A DNA stretch of 64,000 bases from a candidate division WS6 bacterium OLB20 (GTDB taxonomy: Bacteria > Patescibacteriota > Dojkabacteria > B142 > OLB20): positions 18,262-82,261 of the forward strand of contig JYNZ01000004.1 of NCBI GenBank assembly GCA_001567355.1. The letters are read 5' to 3'. A program made the translations under genes and the position numbers. Below, in pieces: positions 41,144 through 49,974 of the stretch. The notes below the pieces were generated by a model. That model searched no databases. It saw only the letters and a list, made by a program, of their open reading frames with translations, and had not been told where the DNA came from. Positions within the stretch are counted from its first letter, which is position 1. Every line of letters begins with the position of its first letter.

Positions 41144-41521
41144 ACCAGTCCAGACGGCTGCTGTCCGTAGCTTTATGCGAAGGGCAGAGGAAAGTCCGGA
41201 CTCCCCACTGAGGTATACCGAGGTGGTCATGGCACCGTGGAGACACGGGTAGGTGTAAGCTTACGGATCGGGCCACAGAAACAAGTAGCCTTTTTTGCGC
41301 AAGCAATAAGGTGATAGTGAAAAGGTGCGGTAAGAGCGCACCGGTCTGCATAGCAATATGCAGGCGTCAAGGTAACCCCTGCCTGGAGCAACCTGAAGAA
41401 CAGGGCATCCGCGAGGAACCGTTTTGACAGTACCTAAGCTTAGTAGTGTCAGAAAGGTAGAGAAATAGCTGTCTCAATTCCGCAAAAGCGGAAGGATACA
41501 GAATCCGGCTTACGGACTGGT
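41144..41521 (+). ncRNA. rnpB: RNase P RNA, bacterial type A.
   Basis: P4 'GAGGAAAGTCCGGACTCC' near 41186; 'GTGAAAAGGTGCGGTAAGAGCGCACC' (P10.1/P11 region); 3' 'ACAGAATCCGGCTTA'; P1 pairing CCAGTCC/GGACTGG. Confidence 0.9.
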
Positions 41522-41528
41522 TATAAAA

Positions 41529-41553
41529 AGAGGAGCATGTGCTCCTCTTTTTT
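41529..41553. terminator. Bidirectional rho-independent terminator.
   Basis: AGAGGAGCA-tg-TGCTCCTCT hairpin with T6 downstream and A5 upstream. Confidence 0.6.
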
Positions 41554-42250
41554 ATGAATCCCGACGGCCTGCACCTGAAGCCTGCATGGCAAAATATGCA
41601 AGCTGACCAAGCGATTGCAGTGTTGAAGCAATATAGGTGAGGGCGGCAGCCATGAGTACCTTTCGTGCTCCTCCCAGTTCGGTCGGATCGAGCAGGCGGT
41701 ACTTGTTAATCAGTCGCATTGCTCTGCGGCTGGCATCAATCTCAATCGGAAGCGTAACGAGAGTAAACAATGTTGTCAGGCCGAAAAAGATCACACCAAG
41801 CCAGGCCAGCTGCGAAATCCCGATGATAATACCTGCCATCAGAAGCAGGATGCCCAGATTGCTGCCGATATTTACAACAGGTACCATGGTGCTGCGGATT
41901 GCCATCAGCAGTGCGCCACCCTGGTGCTGCTGCACATGCCCCAGCTCGTGGGCGGTGATGGCAACACTCGTGATCGAACGTTCCTGTGCTATTGCACTCG
42001 ACAGTGTCAGTGTCTTGTCTGTCGGGTTGTAATTATCACCCAGCTCATGAGGTGTAATTGCCATCCGGATTGAAAACCCTTCTCCCTGTGCAATTTTTTG
42101 CGCTACCTCGGCACCGCTCATATTACTGCTGGCTATACGCCGGCGGTTTTCATCGGTCCAGATCCGCAACAGAAACATGGCAACAATGCCAAGTCCAACT
42201 GCGGGCATGATCAGAATCACATAGAGCGGATCAAGAAACGGTACAAACAT
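41552..42250 (-). CDS. Membrane-embedded putative neutral zinc metallopeptidase (HExxH).
   Basis: 'ITAHELGHVQQHQ' HExxH in a polytopic membrane protein, like the Zn_peptidase_2 family. Confidence 0.65.
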   Translation of the reverse strand: MFVPFLDPLYVILIMPAVGLGIVAMFLLRIWTDENRRRIASSNMSGAEVAQKIAQGEGFSIRMAITPHELGDNYNPTDKTLTLSSAIAQERSITSVAITAHELGHVQQHQGGALLMAIRSTMVPVVNIGSNLGILLLMAGIIIGISQLAWLGVIFFGLTTLFTLVTLPIEIDASRRAMRLINKYRLLDPTELGGARKVLMAAALTYIASTLQSLGQLAYFAMQASGAGRRDS

Positions 42251-42374
42251 GTCTTGGTTACTAACAGATATCGTTAGATTATAGCAGAGTTGTTCTGGTA
42301 GATTTCAAGCTTCACAAAGGCTGCAGGTATCAGGTACAATACCCCATACTTGTCTTACTTAAGTAGTAATTCTG

Positions 42375-43019
42375 ATGAAGAATCTTTCCAGCAGTGCGGT
42401 TCTCATAATCTCGGTACTTGTTGGTGTCGTTTTGCTCGGTGTACTGGTTTTTGCAGCCCGCAATGCCGAAAAGTCAGCCGAAACAGCTACACTGCCGATT
42501 TCGTTTGAAGAGTTCAGTGATTTTGAATGCCCGGCCTGCGCTTCGTTTTATCCGCTGGTGGAGCAGATCCGTGATGAGTTTGGCGATGATGTCGCCTTTG
42601 AGTACAAGCATTTTCCTCTGACAACAATTCATCCTAATGCATACAGCGCGGCTGTCGCATCAGAAGCAGCACGCGAGCAGGGCAAATTTGAGGAGTTTTA
42701 TGACCGGCTGTTTGAAGAGCAGAAAAACCTTTCCCAGGAGCTTTATGTCAGTATTGCAGAAGAGATCGGACTGAATGTTGAACAGTTTCAGTCGGATCTG
42801 CAAAACCCTGTCGTAGTTGCCCGTGTTGATGCTGATATAGCCGAGGGTAATCAGCGCAATGTAAATGCTACGCCGACGTTCTTTATCGATGGAAAACGCG
42901 TTAACTTCGGGACCTCGGATCCGGCAGCACGGCTGCGGGAGCTGCTGCAGGAGCGCGTTGATCTTGCTAAATCACAGCAGCCCGAAAGCGCTCCGGATAG
43001 CGCGCCGGCATCCAACTGA
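42375..43019 (+). CDS. Membrane-anchored DsbA/BdbD-like thiol-disulfide oxidoreductase.
   Basis: N-terminal TM; 'FSDFECPACASF' CxxC thioredoxin fold. Confidence 0.8.
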   Translation: MKNLSSSAVLIISVLVGVVLLGVLVFAARNAEKSAETATLPISFEEFSDFECPACASFYPLVEQIRDEFGDDVAFEYKHFPLTTIHPNAYSAAVASEAAREQGKFEEFYDRLFEEQKNLSQELYVSIAEEIGLNVEQFQSDLQNPVVVARVDADIAEGNQRNVNATPTFFIDGKRVNFGTSDPAARLRELLQERVDLAKSQQPESAPDSAPASN

Positions 43020-43024
43020 CATAT

Positions 43025-43585
43025 ATGAATATTTACTTTGCCGCCTCAACCAACCAGCTCGAGAAAAACCGGGACAATTTTCTGGCAGTGATAGCTGCGT
43101 TTAAGGATGCAGGCCACACCGTGCTCGAATCGTGGGTGGTTGAGACCCTTGCCGGCAGTAAACAGACAGCGACTTCACAGGAGCTTGTCCTGAAAAACAC
43201 ACAGCTGGTGCAGGAATCGGACCTGGTCGTGATAGATCTTTCCGAACGGTCATTCGGAGCAGGTTATATCTTCGGTCAGGCACTCGCAAATCATCGTCCG
43301 GTTCTTTGTCTCTACCCGCACGATGTCCCCGAACAGCGCATCAGCGAGATCGTCAAAGGAAGTACATCGTCTCTGGTGACTGTCAGACAGTACAGTCCCG
43401 AAAAAATTGACGAGATCATCCGTGACTACCTTGCCGGTATCAGCCTTGACAGCCTGCGTAAGTTCAACTTTATCGCCACAGAAGAGATCGTTAAGTTTAT
43501 CGAGCAGGGCGCTGACCGTGAGGGTAAGTCCAAGTCTCAGTATCTTCGTGACCTTTTGCATTCCACCTTCATAGCGAAAAAATAG
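43025..43585 (+). CDS. Nucleoside 2-deoxyribosyltransferase-like domain fused to a C-terminal ribbon-helix-helix motif.
   Basis: 'MNIYFAAS...AGHTVLESW...ESDLVVIDLSERSFGAGYIFGQALANHRPVL' Rossmann-like NDT/DNPH1 pattern; C-terminal 'KFNFIATEEIVKFIEQGADREGKSKSQYLRDLL' RHH-like. Confidence 0.4.
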   Translation: MNIYFAASTNQLEKNRDNFLAVIAAFKDAGHTVLESWVVETLAGSKQTATSQELVLKNTQLVQESDLVVIDLSERSFGAGYIFGQALANHRPVLCLYPHDVPEQRISEIVKGSTSSLVTVRQYSPEKIDEIIRDYLAGISLDSLRKFNFIATEEIVKFIEQGADREGKSKSQYLRDLLHSTFIAKK

Positions 43586-43604
43586 TACTCCACGGGGTTG
43601 CGCA

Positions 43605-43958
43605 ATGGCGCATCCGGATGTATACTCCTTCCATATCTGGCGCAATTGCGCCACTTTATTTGTAAGGAAACGAGTAATGGAGCAAACAGGAAGAGTGACA
43701 TCAGTAGAGATCCCGACAAGCATGGCAAACGGTCTGTGTGAGCAGGAACTGCACATGATCGTGCAGGCTGCACAGTCGTGTGTAGCCCGTGAGTTTGCCG
43801 ATCAGTTCGGCGGCCAGGCGCCGGATTATTTCAATGATTACATGAACGAAAGACTGCCGGGGGTCATTGAGACTATGCTGCAGAACCCGCAGGCATACAT
43901 CAACCCGGCCCGCTACCCGCAGCAGGATGATGCAAGCGGAGAATATGCTTTTGCTTAA
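43605..43958 (+). CDS. Hypothetical protein.
   Basis: ORF only; likely true start at the internal Met (MEQTGRV...). Confidence 0.3.
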   Translation: MAHPDVYSFHIWRNCATLFVRKRVMEQTGRVTSVEIPTSMANGLCEQELHMIVQAAQSCVAREFADQFGGQAPDYFNDYMNERLPGVIETMLQNPQAYINPARYPQQDDASGEYAFA

Positions 43959-43961
43959 ACG

Positions 43962-44972
43962 ATGAAAGCAACTGCCACCGCCCCTGCAAATATCGCATTT
44001 ATTAAATACTGGGGCAGAAAGGACCACAAGCTCTTTCTGCCGCTGACTACCACAAACTCGATGAACCTGTCGGCCTGCACAGCTGAGACAGTCATCGAGT
44101 TTGGTGTTTCTGGAGGGGATACGATTACCATCACTGACAACACAGGCAATAGTAAAGAGATCAATAATGTTCCCGGCGAGAAGGACGGTATGCTGTATAC
44201 AACGCTTGACCGGGTGCGTCAACGTACAGGTGTCAGTGATTATGCACAGGTTACCTCAAAACTGTCGTTCCCGATGGGCGCCGGCATAGCCTCTTCAGCC
44301 GCAGGAATGGCTGCCTTTGTAGCCGCTGCATATGCCGCAGCGGGAGATATGGACACTGTAAACGATCGAGAAGAGCTGTCACGAGAGATCCGGCTGAGCG
44401 GATCTGTGTCGGCGGCGCGAAGCTCGCATGATGGCTTTACCGAGCACCTCTACGGCGAGACGCACGAAAAAGCATATACAGTCCAGATCGCGCCAGCTGA
44501 GCACTGGGATCTTGTTGATCTTGTTGCTGTTCTGTCGCCGGAGGAAAAAAAGATCTCAAGCGCACTCGGCCACTCATTGGCCGACAGTAGCCCGTTTATG
44601 CAGGCCAGACTTGATTATCTCAACGGTAAACCGGAGCTGGCACGACAGGCGATTCTGGATAAGGATTTTGCATCTCTGGCACTACTTAGCGAGATTGATA
44701 CCATCAACATGCATGCAGTGATGATGACGTCACGTCCTCCAGCATTTTATCTCTCTCCCGCCTCAATCGATATCATGAAGAATGTAATCAGCTGGCGTGA
44801 GGATCAGGGGCTTAATGTATTCTATACATTTGATGCAGGTCCAAACCCGCATGTGATAACTACTGCTGCAGAGGCTGAATCGGTTAGGAAGCTGCTTGAA
44901 AAGCACAGCGAGGTACAGTTTGTTCTTGAAAACCATCCAGCAGATGGCGTACGAATTACGTCACATGGGTAA
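43962..44972 (+). CDS. mvaD: Diphosphomevalonate decarboxylase (GHMP family).
   Basis: 'APANIAFIKYWGRKD...LPLTTTNSMNLS' N-terminus and 'FPMGAGIASSAAGMAA' GHMP motif. Confidence 0.8.
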   Translation: MKATATAPANIAFIKYWGRKDHKLFLPLTTTNSMNLSACTAETVIEFGVSGGDTITITDNTGNSKEINNVPGEKDGMLYTTLDRVRQRTGVSDYAQVTSKLSFPMGAGIASSAAGMAAFVAAAYAAAGDMDTVNDREELSREIRLSGSVSAARSSHDGFTEHLYGETHEKAYTVQIAPAEHWDLVDLVAVLSPEEKKISSALGHSLADSSPFMQARLDYLNGKPELARQAILDKDFASLALLSEIDTINMHAVMMTSRPPAFYLSPASIDIMKNVISWREDQGLNVFYTFDAGPNPHVITTAAEAESVRKLLEKHSEVQFVLENHPADGVRITSHG

Positions 44973-45933
44973 AGCATTCCCGGGAAAAATTATCGTTAAC
45001 GGTGAGCATGCTGTCGTGCACGGGCATCCTGCATTACTGGCCACATTCGGAAAAACTGTCACTGCAGAAGCCAGGATCGCCGGGGATAATATCGTATTCT
45101 CCGATCATACATTCGGGATAAAAAGCTTTCAGCCAGGCATACTGAAGGCAGGAGATGAGGTGCTCCTGGAACAGCATGAATATGCGCTCCCGCTCATGCT
45201 TGTACGTGAATTCTTCCGGTACTGTGGTCTTGCTGATCGTGGTTTAAAGATAACGGCGGTTTCGGATATACCCATTGGAGGTTTTGGCTCCTCAACTGCG
45301 TATGCAGCTGCAGTACTTTCGGCTCTTTCGGAGGAGTTTGCAAAGGAACTGTCGGATCAGGAGCGGATTGATCTGCTGACACGTGCTGAGACTGCATTTC
45401 ACGGCAGGGTCAGCGGTGCTGATCAGGCGCTGATCATCCGGGGAGGCATGATCCGCTATCAGAACAAAGACAGCGGTCCGGTGTTCACACCTGTTAGTGC
45501 TGCCACACTGCTGCAGGATGTAATTGTGATTAATACCGGCAGACCTGAGGATGCAACCGGCACTGTGGTGGCATGGGTGGGTAAACGGCTGCAGGAACGC
45601 CCGCACGAGACGACAGAGATCTTTACGAGGCTTGGACAGATTACAGATGAAATGATTTCGGACCTGCAACAGAAACACACTGACAGTATGCAATCACATG
45701 TTGCCGAAGCAGGTGAACTGCTGATCAAACTTGGAATTGTCAGACCTGAAGCCCAGGAACTGATCCGAAAACTTGCAAAGCTTGGGGCTGCTGTTAAGAT
45801 CACGGGAGCCGGAGCTCTGCAGGGCAGGGCAAGCGGAGCACTCCTGTGCTTATCTGACGACTACGGTCCAGTCGAGAGGTTTCTGCAGAAGCAGGGCGTT
45901 GAATATTACCGCACCGCCTTAGGTGTCAGCTGA
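44944..45933 (+). CDS. mvk: Mevalonate kinase (GHMP kinase).
   Basis: 'GKIIVNGEHAVVHGHPALL' and 'PIGGFGSSTAYAAAVLSAL'. Start ambiguous (44944 or 44965); overlaps the mvaD end. Confidence 0.7.
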   Translation: MAYELRHMGKAFPGKIIVNGEHAVVHGHPALLATFGKTVTAEARIAGDNIVFSDHTFGIKSFQPGILKAGDEVLLEQHEYALPLMLVREFFRYCGLADRGLKITAVSDIPIGGFGSSTAYAAAVLSALSEEFAKELSDQERIDLLTRAETAFHGRVSGADQALIIRGGMIRYQNKDSGPVFTPVSAATLLQDVIVINTGRPEDATGTVVAWVGKRLQERPHETTEIFTRLGQITDEMISDLQQKHTDSMQSHVAEAGELLIKLGIVRPEAQELIRKLAKLGAAVKITGAGALQGRASGALLCLSDDYGPVERFLQKQGVEYYRTALGVS

Positions 45934-48838
45934 TCACTGTGGCCCTGCCGCTTTCGACATCAAGCTCCACTTTTTTGAATTTAACATCCTTTTTGACTGT
46001 GCCGTCACTGTAGCGAACTGATACCTTGTCGTTGCGACCGAATGCACGTCCCTGCTTTTTGACGGTCTGCTGCGGCCCTTTGCCCAGATTCTGTCTGCGC
46101 TGCTCAAGCTGCCGACCTTTGTTTACCAGATCATCCAGGCCTGCAGTCATCTCTCTTGATCCCGTAAGGATATCACTGACCTGAGCTTCGTTGGTTACCA
46201 GGCGTTCCTGCTGCTGACGGGCGACCCGCTGTATCTTAAGGATACGTCGTCCGATCTGTGAGTTGATACTGGCGATAAACTTTTCAAACAGCATGAAGCC
46301 CTCGTTTTTGTATTCCACAAGCGGGTCTTTCTGTGCATAACTGCGCAGACTGATACCCTCGCGCAGATCTCCCATGGCATTCAGGTGCTCTGTCCACAAC
46401 TCGTCCATGCTCTGCAGCGTGGTGATCTTGTATATCTCAGGCAGTGACGTCTTAAATTCTTCTACTTTCAGTTCAACGAGTTTTTTAGTCACCTGTCCGA
46501 GCCGGTCCTGGATATCCTCAAGCGGCAGATCGTTGATCAGTTCGTTTACCATGGCCTCGGCACCTGACGTTTTAATCTCGGGAAACAAAGCATGAACCGC
46601 CTGTGCAATCAGCTCGTCCTGAGCAAGGTCCAGGTAATCCTTGGCAACCTTGGTTCGGTCAATATCATCCTCACGTTCGATCAGAAAGTGCTTTGCTGTC
46701 AGTGCATCAGTCTCGGACAGCAGGATATCTTCGATATCAGCCACGATCTCAGCATGGTTTTTCTGTTTTACTGACTCATCTTCAGCGTTTGCCGCACGCT
46801 CCGCTCTGCGCAGGATGTTGTAGCGCCTGGTATAGAAGATTTCGCGCTGCTGGTTCATCACGTTGTCATAATCGACCAGCCGTTTGCGGATGTCAAAGTT
46901 AGCACCCTCCATCTTCTTCTGCGCAGACTCAATCGAGCGCGAGATCAGAGGATTCTGGATCGGAACGTCTGTCGGAAGGTTTGTCATATCCATGACACGT
47001 GAGATCAGTTCTCCGCCCTGGATGCGCATGATCTCGTCATCCAGACCGACAAAAAACTGGGTGGTACCGGGCTGTCCCTGTCGACCGCCACGACCGCGAA
47101 GCTGGTTATCGATACGTCTGGCCTCGTGCCGCTGTGTACCGATAATGTACAGACCGCCAAGCTCTTCGACACCGGGACCAAGCGGAATATCAGTACCACG
47201 TCCGGCCATGTTGGTGGCAACAGTGACAGCCCCTTTGCGACCGGCCTTGGCTACGATCTGGGCCTCTCGTTCGTGGAATTTGGCATTGAGTACCTCATGT
47301 TTAACGCCTGCTTTATCAAGCAGGCCGGACAGAAATTCGGAGTCTTCGATTGAAGCTGTACCGACCAGAATAGGGCGGCCTGTCTCGTTGATGAGTTTGA
47401 TCTCGGTCACTACCGCTGCAAATTTTGCAGTCCGGTCTTTGTAAATCTTGTCGTTTTTATCATCACGGATGACAGGTTTGTTTGTGGGAATAGCATATGA
47501 CTCGAGATTGAAAATCTTGCCGAACTCTTCAGCTTCAGTGATAATTGTTCCCGAACCTCCCGCGAGCACCTTGTAGAGTTTGAAAAAGTTCTGGAATGTG
47601 ATTGTGGCCATAGTGCGCGATGCGCGTTTGATCTCGACACCCTCCTTGGCTTCGATAGCCTGATGCAGACCCTCAGAATAGCGCCTTCCAGGCAGGACAC
47701 GACCTGTAAACTCATCAACGATAAGAACTTCGCCCTCTTTGATGATGTATTCATCATCATTGCGGTAAAGCACTTCTGCTTTCAGTGCGTTATCAAGATG
47801 GTGCGCATATTTGTAGTCCTCCCAAAGATTGTCAACACCCAGAAGCTTTTCTGCGTACTCTACGCCAGCCTCGGTAAGTGATACTGAGCGTGATTTTTCG
47901 TCAACCTCGAAGTGCTTGTCTCGTGTGAGCTTCTTGACCATGGAGGCAAAGCGTTCATAAAGCTCGTTGGATTGCTCTGCCGGAGCTGAAATGATGAGCG
48001 GTGTCCGGGCCTCATCAATCAGGATCGAGTCAGCCTCGTCAACGATGACAAAGTAAAGCTCGGGCTGAACACGGTTTTTCAGGTTGTACGCCATGTTGTC
48101 GCGCAGGTAGTCAAATCCGAACTCGTTGTTGGTACCGTAGACGACATCACACGAATAGGCTTCTTTTTTTGTACATTCGATCAGGTTGGTGCCCTTCATG
48201 TCAGCGAGCTCTGCAACATTAAGGTCTTTTCGTTCTGCAGCTGCCTCTGCACCTTTGGTTTCTTCAAGCTGGTCATCGGGCACAAATCTGTATGATGCCT
48301 GAGGTGTAATGATTCCGACGCTGATGCCAATATCTGCCATGGCATGACCGGCATACTCGCCGTCACGTCTTGCCAGATAATCGTTTACAGTAATAACATG
48401 AGAACCCCTGCCGGTCAGTCCGTACAGAGCTGCAGGCAGGTGAAACACCTGTGTTTTACCTTCTCCTGTCTTAAGCTCTCCCAGTTTGTTGCCGCCGGCA
48501 AGAATAGTTGAAGCGATCAGCTGCACCCGGTAGTGGGGTTTACCGAACTTGCGTCTGTTCAGCTCGCGCATAATGGCATAGAACTCCGGGATGAACTCGT
48601 TCAGTTTATCGATGACCTTCTGTTCTGCTGCAGCATGCTTTGTTTTGGTATCAAGATTTAATGCTGTCTTTGCATCTTCTGGTACCTCATCGAGTACAGG
48701 CTTCACGTCTTCACGCATGCGATCAACCCGCTGGCGAAGCTCTTCAAGAGATGCGGACTTCATCTCATCTTCAAGTTCAAAGATACGGTCTACTACTGGA
48801 GTCGCTTCGCGGATGGCGGCCTGAGTAGGATCAAACAT
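45926..48838 (-). CDS. secA: Preprotein translocase ATPase SecA; the C-terminal tail lacks the Cys4 zinc finger.
   Basis: DEAD-like motor motifs ('VIVDEADSILIDEARTPLIIS'), 970 aa; C-terminus '...GRNDKVSVRYSDGTVKKDVKFKK...' instead of CPCGSGKKYKQCHG. Confidence 0.95.
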   Translation of the reverse strand: MFDPTQAAIREATPVVDRIFELEDEMKSASLEELRQRVDRMREDVKPVLDEVPEDAKTALNLDTKTKHAAAEQKVIDKLNEFIPEFYAIMRELNRRKFGKPHYRVQLIASTILAGGNKLGELKTGEGKTQVFHLPAALYGLTGRGSHVITVNDYLARRDGEYAGHAMADIGISVGIITPQASYRFVPDDQLEETKGAEAAAERKDLNVAELADMKGTNLIECTKKEAYSCDVVYGTNNEFGFDYLRDNMAYNLKNRVQPELYFVIVDEADSILIDEARTPLIISAPAEQSNELYERFASMVKKLTRDKHFEVDEKSRSVSLTEAGVEYAEKLLGVDNLWEDYKYAHHLDNALKAEVLYRNDDEYIIKEGEVLIVDEFTGRVLPGRRYSEGLHQAIEAKEGVEIKRASRTMATITFQNFFKLYKVLAGGSGTIITEAEEFGKIFNLESYAIPTNKPVIRDDKNDKIYKDRTAKFAAVVTEIKLINETGRPILVGTASIEDSEFLSGLLDKAGVKHEVLNAKFHEREAQIVAKAGRKGAVTVATNMAGRGTDIPLGPGVEELGGLYIIGTQRHEARRIDNQLRGRGGRQGQPGTTQFFVGLDDEIMRIQGGELISRVMDMTNLPTDVPIQNPLISRSIESAQKKMEGANFDIRKRLVDYDNVMNQQREIFYTRRYNILRRAERAANAEDESVKQKNHAEIVADIEDILLSETDALTAKHFLIEREDDIDRTKVAKDYLDLAQDELIAQAVHALFPEIKTSGAEAMVNELINDLPLEDIQDRLGQVTKKLVELKVEEFKTSLPEIYKITTLQSMDELWTEHLNAMGDLREGISLRSYAQKDPLVEYKNEGFMLFEKFIASINSQIGRRILKIQRVARQQQERLVTNEAQVSDILTGSREMTAGLDDLVNKGRQLEQRRQNLGKGPQQTVKKQGRAFGRNDKVSVRYSDGTVKKDVKFKKVELDVESGRATVIS

Positions 48839-48956
48839 TTTTTTTTAGAAACCCGAGCATGTGAAATCATTCCAAAAGTATTAGCGGGGCAGGCAAACCC
48901 GTGCGGGAATGCTACGGCTCTATAATAGCACAGCACATGTCGGTCTGGATATAACC

Positions 48957-49829
48957 TCAGGGGATACGGCGGGCTATTGTGATCAGCCGGTGAGAGCTGC
49001 TGCCCAGTGGAGTGCAGGTGATAATCTTGACAATGTCATCGTCTCCCGCTCTGAAGATCGCCAGGTCATCTCCGTCACGCACACCCTGTGTGATGACTTC
49101 ATAACGGAATGTGTTGCCGGCCTTACCCTGGAGTGTAATGATGTCACCGGTTTTCACACGGTCCATATACCAGCATGAACGGGGATCACTCGGACCAAAG
49201 AAGCGTCTGTGACAGAGCAGAACTTTTTCACCTTTGGCATACGATGTCGGATACAGCCACATGCCCTGATCCAGTGCAGCGTCGCCGTCACCACCCTGGA
49301 TGACAGGCGAGTCAATCTTTACAGACGGAATCATAATTCTGACGATATTTGCGCCCTGAGCTTCAAGCGGCTTCGGGGCAGCCTGTGCCTGCTGCTTAAC
49401 TTCTGCGGTGACGAGATTGTCCTTTACGCCTGCCTGAACCTGAACCTGAGCCTGACCCTGGTTTGCAACAGGGGTTATCTGCACGCCAGCGACGACCCCG
49501 GCCGGTGTTTTCTGCGGGGCTGGATTATCTGCCTGCTTTACTTCACGCATGAGACTGTCGGCATTGTAAGTCTTAGGAGCAAGTGCAAATGCATAGTCAA
49601 CAGGATCTGATACCGGAGTGTTTTTCGGCTCATTAAGCATGGGATCTTTGGTATCCGGCGTGACAGTGACAGTTTGTGCCTGCACTGGAGAAGACCCGCC
49701 CAGGATAGCATTGATCGACCCGCCATTCAGCAGGTTCACAAAAATTGATCCGATACCGATAAGTGCCACAAGCAAGGCTCCTATCATGACAAATATCAGT
49801 ATTGTTGTTGATCTGTTTGAATCTTCCAT
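48957..49829 (-). CDS. Sortase-family transpeptidase.
   Basis: N-terminal TM, A/Q/V-rich linker, catalytic 'LLCHRR' His region and 'IVKIITCTPLGS' (TLxTC-type Cys) followed by 'RLITIARRI' Arg. Confidence 0.7.
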   Translation of the reverse strand: MEDSNRSTTILIFVMIGALLVALIGIGSIFVNLLNGGSINAILGGSSPVQAQTVTVTPDTKDPMLNEPKNTPVSDPVDYAFALAPKTYNADSLMREVKQADNPAPQKTPAGVVAGVQITPVANQGQAQVQVQAGVKDNLVTAEVKQQAQAAPKPLEAQGANIVRIMIPSVKIDSPVIQGGDGDAALDQGMWLYPTSYAKGEKVLLCHRRFFGPSDPRSCWYMDRVKTGDIITLQGKAGNTFRYEVITQGVRDGDDLAIFRAGDDDIVKIITCTPLGSSSHRLITIARRIP

Positions 49830-49974
49830 TCTGACTTATAGTAGTTATGGATTGTTTATATTATAACATAAATGAGTGAGACAACTATACCAGCATTTCT
49901 TATGAATGCCTTGAAGATCGTAGCCTATAATATGGTATAATAGTATATCTTTATTACTTATAACAGTATACCTC

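Noticed and set aside
43250-44222. Minus-strand ORFs 43250..43756 and 43701..44222.
   Set aside because: Antisense to the NDT-like, hypothetical and mvaD genes, which have clear family signatures.
46374-47881. Several plus-strand ORFs inside secA.
   Set aside because: Antisense to an intact 970 aa SecA.
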